Source of the DNA: Octopus sinensis
Lineage: Eukaryota
Direction of reading: 5' to 3'
Assembly: GCF_006345805.1 (NCBI RefSeq)
Contig: NC_042999.1
Coordinates: 160,084,001-160,148,000, forward strand
Length of the DNA: 64,000 nt
The position numbers and the translations under genes were made by a program. The notes below the pieces were generated by a model. It was not told the origin of the DNA and made no database searches. It saw nothing but the letters and a program-made list of their open reading frames with translations. Of the stretch, positions 13,580 through 26,637 are shown piece by piece; positions within the stretch are counted from its first letter, which is position 1; the number at the start of each line of letters is the position of its first letter.

Positions 13580-14480
13580 TTATGAAAGTAATAGAAAGAA
13601 TTCTAGCACAATTAGTTAGGAAGAGAATCAGCTTAGAAGAACAACAAGGTAAGTACTTAGTAAAGAGCAAACCTCTACACCTGAGACATTGAGCTGAAGA
13701 AGGCTATTGACAGGGTATCTCTCTCTTTGTAAGCCAGGTTGGTAAAATAACTTAGATGCATCTGAATGGCTTGTGAGAACTATACAAGTCATATACAAAG
13801 GTACCGTCAACAAGATGAAAGACAGCAAAGATTTCATTGAGGCATTTAGCTTGCAGGTAGGTGTTCATCAGACCTCACTTCTCAGCCCCCTCCTCTAACA
13901 GGTATTTTATACTAACTATGGAAACGTTTTGTATGCTGATGGCCTACTTCTCTTCAGTGAATCTGTTGAATTAGAGAAGCTATTCCAAACATACAGCAGT
14001 GCCTAGCATCAAAATGGCTCAAAGTAAACCTAACAAAAAATTTTAGTTAGCAAAAAAAGATTGGATTCTACTACCATCTATCAGGTGGCCATATTCCATA
14101 TGTATATGAAAGAAGTAGGGAAAGAGAACTGTACCGTGTTACAAATATAAACTACGGATGTGCAAAATATGTAATGTGATCACAGAGAGTCTGACGACGA
14201 AGAAAGATTTCCTGTGTGGCAGATGCACAAGAGTAGTTAGCAATAAGAGCACCCATGAAATAAATTCTTTCAAATACCCAAGAGACTTCCTAGTAGTAGC
14301 TTCTGTTACCTAGGTGGCCTAATTTGCTGTAGAAGGTAGTGTTCCAAGAGACTTCCTAGAAGTAGCTTCTGTTACCTAGGTGGCCTAATTTGCTGTAGAA
14401 GGTAGTGTTCTGAAAGCCAAATTCAATATAGAGTGCAATGCATTCAGAGAGCTATTACTTCTGGTATCGAAAAAAGAAAG
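13580..14480 (+). mobile_element. Degenerate RTE-clade LINE RT fragment
   Basis: Remnants VGVHQ..LSP and LYADGLL; includes a 66-bp tandem duplication at 14278-14409. Confidence 0.55.
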
Positions 14481-14519
14481 AGTCACTCCCTTCAAATGAA
14501 GGTGTAATTGTAAAAGCAG

Positions 14520-14745
14520 AATGCCCTCTTGAGATTAGATGAACTTGTAAGGTGGTCGAGGATGCGATTTAGAGCAAAAAAGTCGCGTAGTCTGACATTT
14601 GTTAAGGGAGTGCAGAAAGAATTTAAGTTTCGAATATCTGAAGAAAGCATTCCAACAGTCAAGGAAGAGCCCGTCAAGAGTTTGGGACGGGTATACGCTG
14701 GAACATTGTCAGACAGAAGTCGTGGGATTGAAATTATGATCTAGC
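14520..14745 (+). mobile_element. HERO/NeSL-like non-LTR retrotransposon RT fragment
   Basis: ORF 14529-14744, WSRMRFRAKKSRSL..IPTVKEEPVKSLGR, resembles the recalled HERO motif WARMSFKPxKSRSL..IPxxxExPVKSLGK. Confidence 0.6.
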
Positions 14746-15459
14746 AAGTGGGGCCTCATATCAGTGAGTGGGGCCGGTGCGCATTGATGCTGTCGAGAGG
14801 TAGGCCCCGAAACGGCGCGCATTCTCTGCTGATGACCCCATACACTTGCTAGCTTCCGGTATACGGAGCTTTTAACTGGTAGCACTTGCATGTGCAAGTT
14901 GTTTGCAAGACATCTTGTACAAAATGTGATATATGGTGTGAAACATGGAGAGTGAATGTGAAAGCTTTTAGAAAAAATACCTATTCTGCTGGATGTCTTA
15001 TGTTAGGGAGCATGAATGACAGCACAAATAAAAAAAAGGAAGAATGAGTATCTGAAAAACCAGATGTACTATGCAACAATGAAAACTGTGCTGATACAGA
15101 CTTTATGTTACATCTGGAGGATGACTGTTTGGTAAAGAAATGTCAAGCAATCCAAGTGGAAAGGAGCTTATGAAGAAGAAGAAGTAGTGGAATCTGATCT
15201 CAGAAGCATGCATTTCAGTTGGAAAATGACAAAGGACTTCGGCAGTACAGACTCCTCCAACCCATTCAAGCATGGAAAAATAAACAAAATGATATCTGGT
15301 AAGATTTGGATTGTCAAATAAATTCATTAGTTTCTTGCCAATGTTATTTGAATTAACACAAAAAATATCAGTGATTTTTTTATAGTTCTTTCTTCATCTA
15401 CAAGTTTTGTCTATCATTTTTAAAAATTTGAATAAATTTTACTTCTTTACAGACATATA

Positions 15460-16290
15460 ACAATGGAGTGCCAAGTAGAAAAACTTGAAGGTTTTCAACA
15501 CCTTGTAGTGATGCTGCTGTGTAAGGTTCAGCACACATGCGCAGAATGGGATTACTTCCGGTTGGCCACTGGAAGTCTTCCCCATGTGCATGTGCAGGAA
15601 ACTGACCCCTAAAACGCGGATCGCTCATTCTGCCTTTCTGGCCCTAGCAGCACTCGAGAACAGACATGTACTGGCAGTCTCTGAGGACTTCATACCAACC
15701 AAGCAGCGAACCACGACGAATCATTCTGACTAACAAACAAGAATCAGTACTACAGATTCGGCTGTCGGTTTCCCTCCAGAGAACATGTACACCAGTTCTA
15801 CATTACGACGAGAAATAAACAACATTTTTGCTGTGTTCGTAGATTGCCTGATTTGTCTGTTATTTTAACTAAAGTTGAATGTGACGGGATCAGATCGGAC
15901 ACCCCCTCCAGTGATACCGAATCTAGATCCTGTTACAACCTACTTCTCTTCACTTTCAATCAAGGTTTTGTGCTGTGTACAGAGAGGGCGCTATTACTGA
16001 AAGAACTGCACAGAAATGGTTTCTATGCTTCTAAGTGGGGAAATTTGACCTCACAGATTTTTTGTGTTTCAGCCAAGCTGTTCAGTTCAATGAAGGTCAT
16101 TTGAATGAGGTCATCCATAAGGATTTCCATCAACCCTCAACAAAATTCTTGAAAGTAACTTCACAGTCAATGCAGAGCTTTACATACAGCAAATGCACCT
16201 GTTCAGTGAGGTAATCCAGCTGAAATAACCCAAATAGTGACATGGCATGTTTTTTCAATACAACAATGCTTGTTAGAAAATTACTATTTT
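15460..16290 (+). mobile_element. Degenerate mariner fragment interrupted by a solo LTR
   Basis: Removing 15504-15937 and one TSD restores MECQVEKLEGFQHLLLFTFNQG, a mariner-type N-terminus. Confidence 0.6.
15504..15937. mobile_element. Solo LTR (Gypsy-like)
   Basis: TGTA...TACA ends, 4-bp TSD ACCT (15500-15503 / 15938-15941), 434 bp, AATAAA inside. Confidence 0.75.
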
Positions 16291-16437
16291 TATATCTCAC
16301 AACGTGAGATATTCAGCAAGAGTATTTTATAGTAAAGATTGTTTGCCAACATAATATGGCAATCCTGGTTTAGGACTAATGTTGCTGTAATTTAGCTCCA
16401 GAAGACATCGTCTCCAGCTGGCTATACAACATGATCT

Positions 16438-16830
16438 ATCATCATCGTTTAGCGTCTGCTTTCCATGCTAGCATGGGTTGGACGGTTCAACTGGGGTTTG
16501 GGAAACCAGAAGGCTGCACCAGGCCCAGTCTAATCTGACAATGTCTCTACAGCTGGATGCCCTTCCTAACGCCAACCACTCAGTGAATGTAGTGGGTGCT
16601 TTTTATGTGCCACCGGCACATGCCAGACAAGGCTGGCAAACGACCATGATCGGATGTTGCTTTTTACGTGCCACCACCACGGAGGCGAGGCTGGCAACGG
16701 CTACAATCGGATGGTGCTTTTTACGTGCCACCGGCACAGGTGCCAGATGAGGCTGGCAAATAGCCATGATCGGATGGTGCTTTTTACGTGCCACTGGCAC
16801 GGAGGCCAGGCCAGGCTTGCAACGGCCACG
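16438..16830 (-). mobile_element. Family C RTE-type 3' end with tandem repeats
   Basis: (CAT)n start on the + strand, repeated ggatggtgctttttacgtgccac units. Confidence 0.8.
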
Positions 16831-17099
16831 ATCTATGTCCTTACATTTTCAAACAAGGGAATCTAGCACCCCAACTCAGCTCAAAACAATATCTGTGTAT
16901 CGCGATTTCTGGGCTGATGAAGAGAAATAACCCAGAAATCACGATACACTGATATTTTGAGCTGAGTGAGGGTGAACAATGAAAGAGAATATATTACTGA
17001 CTGATTTATTAAAATTATTGGATTAAAATAAATGGGAGAAAATGAATGAATTTATCTGAGAACCTAATACATTAAAATAAGGCAAGCTAAGTATACATA

Positions 17100-17885
17100 G
17101 GTGCAGGTGTGGCTGTGTGGTAAGTTTGTTTCCCATCCACATGGTTCTGGGTTCAATCCCACTGTGTGGAACCTTGGGCAAGTGTCTTCTACTATCGCCT
17201 CAGGCAAAGCAAAGCCCTGTGAGTGGATTTGGTAGACAGAAACTGAAAGAAGCTTGTTGTATATATATCTATCAATGTGTGTGTCTGTGTTTGTCCCCCA
17301 CTACTGCTTGATAACTTATGTTGGTGTGTTTATGTCCCCATAATTTTACAAAAAAAATAAGTCCTGGAGAGATCTTTTCGTTTTGAATGGCAGTTTTTTC
17401 TAGCGGTGTCATATGAAATTGTCACCCATAATTATGACCCTAGTATCGATCTATTGCATTTCAATCTGTTTTAGGGTTAGGGTTAGGGTTAGAGGTGGGG
17501 GGAAGTGTATCTTTTTTTCTTCAGAAATGTAAATAAACCCAATCTGTTTCTTAAACGAGGGACATATTCATACAGCACAGAATGTTTTTACCTCCATAGA
17601 CGTCAGTGATTGGTTGAAATTGCAGAAATTGAAGAAACAAAGCAACAAATATCTTAGAAACTATAGAATTTTCTCAATAAAGTCAAGAGAAAAAGATGTT
17701 TTATAAACACATTCTACCAGTATACGAAGTTTAAAATTTTTTAGTTACCTAGAAATTATGTTAAAAACTGCCGTTCAAACCGAAAAGATCCGTACTGGAG
17801 TCAATTCATTCAACTGAAATTCTTCAAAGCAGTGCTCCAGCATGGCCACAGTCTAATGGCTGAATCTTTTTAAAGATAAAAGATA
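17100..17885 (+). mobile_element. SINE family A-like copy interrupted by an M1 MITE
   Basis: tRNA-like head at 17100 and 3' tail resuming at 17792. Confidence 0.7.
17370..17791. mobile_element. MITE family M1 (inverted orientation)
   Basis: TIRs, internal TTAGGG repeats, 9-bp TSD gtcctggag/gtactggag. Confidence 0.88.
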
Positions 17886-18191
17886 CTGTTTTGATTTTTA
17901 TGAATAAAAAATATAAAATGTATTTTTGTTTACTTCCTTTGCACTATTTTTGAAATATTAACATTCTTCTGTTAAGACTGAATATTTTGTTTTTTCAGTC
18001 ACTAAACTACAACCATGCTGGAGCATAGCTTGGAAAGGTTTAATCAATCAGAACCCCAGTACTTATTTTAAGTACTCAGCTTATTCTATCAGTCTCTTTT
18101 TCCTAAACCACTAAATGATAGGAAAAAAAAAAAAAACTATTCATCAAACATGCCTACACACATACATACATATATACATACTTAATCATAT

Positions 18192-18790
18192 GTTAGTTAG
18201 TTAGTTAATTAGTTAGTTAATTTGGCTCAAAAGCAAATAGCAAGGCCATGTAGGGGTACATGGAGTTAAGTACAGGGTGGTGTTCATGTAAAGAGTTCAG
18301 GCCACTTGAGGTCCAGGGAGGCTTTGAACAAAGCGGTCGTCGGCATCTTCACCATCTCGTCTGGCAGCTTGTTCCACGGATCCGCAACCCAGACGGAGAA
18401 AGCTCCTCTCCTTCAATTGAGATGAAATCGTCGCAGGTAGAGCTTTTCGGAATGACCCCGCAGCCGACGCTCCGGAGCAGGAGTGAAGAACAGCTCTTTC
18501 GAGAGGTTACACTTTCCGCTTATGATGTTGTGGGCGAGAATGAGATCACCACAGCGGCAGCGTTTTTCAAGAGAATAAAGGTCGAGCGTCCTCAGCCTTT
18601 CTTTGTAGGACAAATTTTTGAGACCATGAACCATGCGGGTAGCCAGCTTCTGGACTCTTTCGAGATGCTGTATGTCTTTGAGGAGATAAGGAGAAGAGGC
18701 TTGAATCCCATACTCCAATATGGGTCTCACCAGCGTGACATAGAGTGGTAGGAATATGGCTGCTGTGAGCATTCCGAATGACCATCGAAT
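18192..18790 (-). mobile_element. CR1-clade LINE 3' end
   Basis: LYVTLVRPILEYG..LERVQKLATRMV..LRGHSEKL..WNKLP, with a (CTAA)n-like tail. Confidence 0.88.
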
Positions 18791-18807
18791 GTATATATAC
18801 ATACATA

Positions 18808-19036
18808 GGGTGGCGAGCTGGCATAAACGTTAGCACGCCAGGCGAAATGCTTAGCGGTATTTCGTCTGCGTTACGTTGTGAGTTCAAATTCCGCCGAGGT
18901 CAACTTTGCCTTTCATCCTCTCGGGGTCGATAAATAAAGTACCAGTTTCGCACTGGGTCAATGTAATCAACTTAATCCCTTTGTCTGTCCTTGTTTGTCC
19001 CCTCTATGTTTAGCCCCTTGTGGGTAGTAAAGAAAT
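18808..19036 (+). mobile_element. SINE family B
   Basis: Near-identical to the 6374 copy. Confidence 0.85.
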
Positions 19037-21788
19037 ACATATATATGTGTGTGTTTGTGATGAGCATTACACAGTTTTTGTCTACTAAACTCTAACACAT
19101 TGGTTAGCCTTATGTTATAGTAGACAATGGTTGCCCAGTGTGCTGAACAGAGAGATTGAACCTGAAACCATATAGTTACAAAGTTAACTTCTTAACCACA
19201 CAGCCACACTTGCTTCTATATAATAATTTTTTTTTTTTAATGAATGTGGCTTTTATTTACTGAAGCCATAGTAAACTGTATGTTAAGACCTTTCCAGTTT
19301 GTGGTCATTAGGTAAACATTTAGTTTCTTTATTAACTGATTTTTAACCTTTTTTTTATGAATTTAAAATGGGGAATAAAGTAGATATTTATCTTGTCATT
19401 GTTTATTAGCAACTATAAAGAACTTTCATGTAGGAGAGTGTTTTGAAACAGAAACTGCTTTATGGAGGAGATTTTTTATTCTCATGACATTTGTTATGAA
19501 ACTTTGTGGGAGAAACTGATTGCAGCATTGAATAGCAGATCATGAATGGTCAAATACAAATTTTTCATCAATCGTAGTATCCATGGGAATCAGGTGAGCT
19601 TCAGTCATAATAACAAAGATTTTCATGGACATTTTCCTTTGGTTTTGTTGACTTACAACTTTACGTTTTGATGGGAGATAAGACTTAATTTTGATTTCAT
19701 TAGCAACCATTTTCACTTCAATTAAAAATCTTCAACCATTTTCCCCACAGCTCTTCAAGATCATTCAAAAGTACCTCTAGATTCTAGGCCTGCACATCCA
19801 CTGTAGCATCTCTTGCCTAGATTATTTGATTTCTTCTGCTAATCAGTACAGCAATCTTCAGCTACATTGAGAACATAAGAATGTAATGAAGAATGATCCT
19901 TATTTCATCACACCATTGATTTCATTAATGAATGAGAGAAAGGATTTTTTTTAGCAGAAGTTATACTCCAACAGGATGAACTGCAAAAGTCTGTCCATTG
20001 AGAACAGGATAAAGTATAAATGGATTCATCCATGTGTTTCTTTAGAGTACCAGTCTCTGAGGACTGGAAGAAAGCAAATTGTAAACTGTTTTCCCTACTT
20101 TAAAAACTGTATGCCTCTCTGCAACATACTGCAAAATCGACACATAAGTTTAATGACTGGTAAGTATATAGAGAAAACTAATGCAGTGAACTAATAGCAA
20201 GCATGTACTGTTCAGTACCTCTCTACTTGCCATAACAACCTCTAAAAAGTTTCCTAAAATGTTCAAGTACCTCCATAGTCGGGTTTGCTAATTCAGCCCA
20301 TTTCCTTAAAGCATTTGAAAAGATTGATGCAGCACGAAGCTTTGTTAGTGAACAGGTCGTGGTCTCAAAGCGACGAAAATATTTTGACAAATTAAATTTA
20401 AATTTTGAAGTGAATCTAACGGTGTTGTGTGTTTCTTCAATGGCTTACAAACACCTTCCACGCTGCAATTGTTTTCATTCCAGCACACGATCTCAGATCA
20501 AGTCACTTGCTATGAAAATCTCTTTTATACTATAAATATCATAACACCCTTGGCAAAAAGCAGATGGTAAATGTTTTCTGTCCCACATTGTTTGAATCCT
20601 GTGTTATTTCAACGATGATTGGATAACATTTTGCAGCTCTTATTTCTTCCAAAATATGATTCCAAACAATCTGTGCTGTTACTGATTAATTTGATATTAA
20701 GAGATAGTAAGCTTGTTGTCATTCTCCTTTGCTTTTGTAGCAAGTCAGGAAAGATCTATTTTGTTTTTGTGGCATAGTTGTTGTTGTGGCAGACTCCAGC
20801 CAATCAGGGATGGATGTGAGTGAATACAAACAGCAGATCACTGCCTTAGCAGTGAAGTGGCAGTTTCAAGTCAGTTGGTGAAAAGACAGCCTTGAAGTAG
20901 CATCTCTTCCTTTGACATGCCACAATTTTTGTGTTTATCACCAACTTTGCACAACTCATTTGAATGATATCAGCTACAACTCTGCCTCAAAATGAATGGT
21001 ACATTCTTGTTCCTATTAGCTTACATCTTCCACATAATTCTTATGTGTAAAAAAGTAAGTTATGAGATTTTTCCTGTATCACATACAGATGTAGAATGAT
21101 TCACAGATGAATCATTGTTACTACTTTCATTTTATTGAAATAAAGTTTGCAATGTTTCATTCTTTATACATGCTTATCAAAAGCACACTGGAATGGACTC
21201 TCTCACGAATACTCTTCATACATTAAATCACAGAACACTCACACTAAATTAGTGACCACCCACACTAAACCAGAACTAGATCATAATGGACTAAAAACTT
21301 AATGATTTTCAAGAAGTTCCCATTTTGAATCTTGCCGATTTACAAAGATAATCCACAACCAGTAAGTCCTCTTTCCCCACAAAGAATTACAACATCCATT
21401 ATCAGTGTAAGCATACTTTACCATTTCTCAGTTTTGCTTATGATTCCTTTGAGAGACATCACATCAATCCCAGTATCACTTTCTAATCTCCTTTCCAACA
21501 CACACAATGTGAGATACAGGTCTTATGTAAATGTAAACCCCTTTCTGCAAACAGAACTGTTTTCTAGGACTGAATGCAAGTAATTTTCTGCTGATTTTGT
21601 TCTGACTTTAAGAACAGCCATTAAAAGTTTTCATCTGGTAAAATACTTACACTTAACACATTGAATATTTAACAACAGAGAAATATGTGAAGCCTGGGCA
21701 CTGGAACATGTTGTCCTGGATCAGTTGAATGTTATTATCTTATGGACAGTTGTATTCACACCATTACTGAGTCTCATGAACACACACA

Positions 21789-22153
21789 TCTCTATATATA
21801 TAAACAGCAAAATGTCTGCATGTGTGCCCTTTATACAAATCCACAACTTTTCAGTTAGAGGGCTCGCACTTTTTATGGTCATTCAAAACCATCAAAGGGT
21901 GGTCGTGCACATCTTTGCATTTCCCCAGTAACCCCGCAAAGCCATTAAAAAATCAATAGAAGTGACTTTTTTTGTGAATTTTCTATCCAAAACCCAATCA
22001 AAATGCCCGAAACTTGATATGTCAATTGAATGCCAGCTAGCTGTATGTGATTGGTCGGAGATTTGGACAGTACTCGCATGTATGTGTGCACGCACACAGC
22101 TGTATATGCATGCACTAGCATTATGACCCAGCAACGCCGGGTCGCAGTGCTAG
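21789..22153 (+). mobile_element. Non-autonomous Helitron (family H2)
   Basis: A|TC start, 3' hairpin GACCCAGC-AAC-GCCGGGTC, CTAG|T end, no TSD. Confidence 0.8.
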
Positions 22154-23769
22154 TATATACATATATATATTATCATCACTTTTGTTCTAATGTCGACTTT
22201 TCCAAGCTTGCATGGGCCAGATAGAGTTTATTGAGATAGACTTTCTGTGGCTGGTTCCCCATCCTGTCAACAACTTTACCTGTTTCCAAGCCAGGTAATA
22301 TTTTCCCTAGGTCAGACATGGCTTTGCAGAATATTGAAAATTAATGACATTCATATATGAGAGCCACACAAGAGAAGGAGACACACACACACACACACAC
22401 ACAAACGCACTCATATACATCTTTAAAATCCATTCACAAGTCTTTGGTTAACCTGAAACTAAAGCAGAAGACATTTTCCCAAAGTACCATGCAGTGAATC
22501 TGATTGAAACTGAACCAGAAACCATGTGGTTTGGAAGCTAACTTAAGCACATAGTTGGGCATGGATAGCAGTGTGCTCAAAGAAGTTCACAGCACCTTAG
22601 GCAAGTGTCTTTTACTATAGGTCCTGGCTGATCAATGCCTTCTGAGTGAATAATGGTAAACAGGAACTGAAAAAAGCCTCTATATTTGTATGTGTATTCA
22701 CACACTAAGAAAGTCACAAGCTACAAATGATGGCAGTTTCTGCTATCAACAAATCAGCCACTCTGCATCTTTGAGGAGATGTGAAATAAAAGATCCCTTA
22801 CTTGAAAAATAGGTTAGGGCAAGCAACCAGAAGGGTACCCAGTTGTAAAACTATACCTAAATTTATCTAACAGAAGAAGAAATGACAACTCCCATATTTG
22901 CATGAATTTGTGCTCCTCTGAAAATTGCTTTGGTGTAACAGAAATTTTTGAAGAAGTACAAATGTAAAAACAAACACTAACACACATGCATGTGCAATGT
23001 CACACCAAGTAAAACATTAAAGCAAAGGAAACAACTCCAGTATTAGCTGCCCAGCTATTTATGCAGCTCCCTAGCAGAGAAAAGGTATCAAAGCTCCTTT
23101 AAACTGATAGTAAGAGTCATCTTGAAGCAAAACTAAGGAGGAACAAAAACTGCATTGAAGCTCCAGTATGTAGCCCTTGCATTTGAGCAGCCAGATTGGA
23201 GCAATCTCGAGTATAACCAACTGAAATTGCAAAGATAGTCTGGAACTCGACTGAGGATAGAAAACTCTGAATGATCCGTCCTTGTTTTTCTTGTATCGTC
23301 TGTCTGGATATTTTGTTGTCCCTTTTTTGTTTCACCTAACTGTCTGGATGTTTTGGGTTCTTGTCCCATTTTTGTATTTTTTTATACATAAAATATAGCA
23401 GTGTACATACACTTTGGTCTCTTATATGTAAGTATATATATATATATAAATTTTGTACAACTCTATTATTCTTTGTATTCTTTCCTTCTTTCTATCAGCC
23501 CTTTCACACTTCATTCATTCCACTCTTCGTTCTTTCGTTCCCCATCTCTCACATTTCCTGGCCTTCTTTTCATGCTCACTTTCCCTCTTTCACTTCACTG
23601 TGTCTCATTTTTCTCTTGCCCCCTCCTTAATTCTTCTATCCCTTTGCCTCTTCCCCTCTCTCTTCTGTCCCCACGTGACCAGTGTTCGGCCAGGCCTGAC
23701 TTTTTTTTCTTGGTCGTTGGTGCAAAATCTGTATTCCCTCCTGTGCCTATTCGAGTGTGGCCAATGCCA

Positions 23770-23987
23770 GTACATGCTGACAGGCTCCCATGCCGGTAGC
23801 ACGTAAAAAAGCACTCAGTACACTCTCGGAGTGGTTGGCGTTAGACTGGGCAACCAGCTGTAGAAACCTTGCCAAATTAGATTGGAGCTTGGTGCAGCCT
23901 CCCGGCCTGCCAGTTCTCATTCAAACAGTCTAACCCATGCCAGCATGGAAAGCGGACGTTAAACGACGATTACAACGATGATGATGA
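23770..23987 (+). mobile_element. Family C RTE-type 3' end
   Basis: Family C core and a degenerate (GAT)n tail. Confidence 0.75.
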
Positions 23988-24036
23988 TAAAAATACCATC
24001 ACGTGTGGCACGCGGGTTATCAGCCGTACAGACAAC

Positions 24037-24084
<48 letters not shown>

Positions 24085-24299
24085 CACACACACATAAACA
24101 TTAAATTGCACGAAATAACTCATTCGAAATAAATTACTATTAAGGTTTTAAAAATATTTTTTCTTTTCTTTTCTTTATAATTTCTAATTCCGACTGTCAG
24201 ATCATAGAAGCTGGGATGGTTTTCGAATAAAAATCTGATATACGTATATAGCGTAATGAAATTTTGCCTTCTTTTTTCGGAATAACATAGCCAAGTTTT

Positions 24300-24567
24300 T
24301 TATGCAACTCTCAGGGTTGTTACAAAATTTGAAATCTTAGGTTTGCCCCGGAAGTGGTTCGTAATTTTTTGTTTCTATAACAACAACCTTCTTCTCATCA
24401 GACGACATTTTTGATTTATATTACATTAAAATGATTTAACAATTAACCAAAATCCCTTGCAATCAGTCTTCTGACTTTTATTCTGCGTTATCAAGACTGT
24501 ACGTTGTTTGTCTCACAGGTAACCGGCCACGTCTCAAGTCGATAAAAAGTGAATTATTAAGGTAAGA
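24300..24567 (+). promoter_or_regulatory. Candidate promoter / non-coding first exon, possibly of GPAA1
   Basis: CpG-containing unique sequence with an ETS-like CCGGAAGT near 24348 and a strong donor AAG|GTAAGA at 24561/24562. The GPAA1 ATG exon starts with an acceptor, so an upstream exon is required. Confidence 0.4.
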
Positions 24568-24629
24568 ATATTGTATGTTGCAAAACATCTTGTTAATTTC
24601 ACGTATATGTATACATTTTATTGTACATC

Positions 24630-24676
24630 TATCTATCTATCTCTAATATATATATATATACATCTATCTATCTATA

Positions 24677-24709
<33 letters not shown>

Positions 24710-24868
24710 ATATATGTGTGTATATATATATATGTGTATATATATATATTATATATATATATGTATATAATATATATATATATATATATGTACACCTATC
24801 TATCTATCTATAATATATATATATATATATATGTGTATATATATATTATATGTATATATATATATATG

Positions 24869-24900
<32 letters not shown>

Positions 24901-24970
24901 TAATATATATATATGTACACCTATCTATCTATCTATAATATATATATATATATGTACACCTATCTATCTA

Positions 24971-25011
<41 letters not shown>

Positions 25012-25032
25012 TATATACATCTATCTATCTAT

Positions 25033-25109
<77 letters not shown>

Positions 25110-25135
25110 ATATATGTACATCTATCTATCTATCT
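24630..25135. repeat. (TA)n/(TCTA)n compound microsatellite
   Basis: Seen directly in the sequence. Confidence 0.95.
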
Positions 25136-25395
25136 ACTGAAGGCTTATTTTCATAAATATTTTGATTTTGTTCTACTGTAATGTTTATCACAATTTCTGA
25201 TAAAATACGAATTTTACCCTAGCAAAAGCTTATAAGTGAATATTTTCTTTTGCGTTGATGTGAGAACACTCCGAACTTTCCACGAATCCGAAATAGTTTA
25301 TTTAATGTTTATCCGCTGCCTCATGTTACCATTCCTTTTCGAGTTCAAATATGCAAACATATTCTTTGCTTCCTGTGAAATCACCAAAAAAAATA

Positions 25396-25769
25396 CTAAC
25401 AGTATCGCCCGGTGTTGCTCGGGTTTGTAAGGGAAATAACTATACAGCATTTTTAGAGAGTTATAGCCAAAAAATAGCAAAAAATGCATTAAAAATGGGA
25501 AAAAAATGATGGTAATTTTTTTTTAAATCGTTGACTCATCGTAGACATTTTTAGAGAGTTACTTCCCTTTAAAAAATGCATTAAAATGGAAAAAAATGAT
25601 GGTAAATTATTTTTAAAATCGTAGACTCATCGTAGACGTGCGCTAATACCCAGAAGGGCTCGATATGAATCACGACTATAAGATACCCGGTTTTGGTTAA
25701 ACTGCACCGCAAAATGTGGGAGTAGTTAGGAATCTAAATCGAAGGGGACAGACACTCACACAACTAAGA
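25396..25769 (-). mobile_element. Non-autonomous Helitron (family H1)
   Basis: Minus-strand TC start, CCCGAGCAACACCGGG hairpin, TTAG|T end (variant of CTAG). Confidence 0.78.
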
Positions 25770-26022
25770 TATTAATAATAGTTATGTGTATTTATGAACC
25801 CAAGCATACAAGATGATTATGGTAGCTTATATCATTGCCAGCCCTTGATCCCGTCTTACTCGGGCTCTGTATAGTTTTGTAAATAAGAATTGTAAAAATA
25901 AAATTCCGTTTTAAAAAAAAACAACTTCATAGTGTTTTATTATCTAAAATGTGTTTAATTTTGGGGTTAGGGCCTCACAAAAGCGAGAGTGAACATATTA
26001 CACTGAAGTTTTAAGTTCAATT

Positions 26023-26425
26023 ACTCTTTACTCTTTTACTTGTTTCAGTCATTTGACTGCGGCCATGCTGGAGCACCGCCTTTAGTCGAGCAAATCGACC
26101 CCAGGACTTATTCTTTGTAAGCCCAGTACTTATTCTATCGGTCTCTTTTGCCGAACCGCTAAGTGACGGGGACGTAAACACACCAGCATCGGTTGTCAAG
26201 CAATACTAGGGGAACAAACACAGACACACAAACATATACACACACACTTATATATATATATACATATATACGACAGGCTTCTTTCAGTTTCCTTCTACCA
26301 AATCCACTCACAAGGCATTGGTCGGCCCGGGGCTATAGCAGAAGACACTTGCCCAAGATGCCACGCAGTGGGACTGAACCCGGAACTCTGTGGTTGGTTA
26401 GCAAGCTACTTACCACACAGCCACT
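26023..26425 (-). mobile_element. SINE family A
   Basis: A-box TGGCTGTGTGG, B-box-like GGTTCAGTCCC, internal (TA)n, (AAAAGAGT)n tail. Confidence 0.85.
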
Positions 26426-26637
26426 ATCGAATTAAAAAAAAAAAAGCGCATCTATAATTGGATTCGTAAATCGATGGATAAAAGTGTTTTGTGATAGTTA
26501 TGTCGCTTTATGGTCCGAGTTCAAATCCGGCGGGCGTCCACTTGGCAAGAAGTTGTGAACAATAAAGAAGAATATGTTATGGACTAAGCTGTTGGAGAAT
26601 TTTATAAACTTTCGAGAGAACACTGGGGCGATCTTAC

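Noticed and set aside
21000-21780. Minus-strand LINE endonuclease-like remnants
   Set aside because: Multiple stops and only vague similarity; cannot be assigned without a search.
24370-24405. Minus-strand CTGATGA...GAAA hammerhead candidate
   Set aside because: No stem II pairing.
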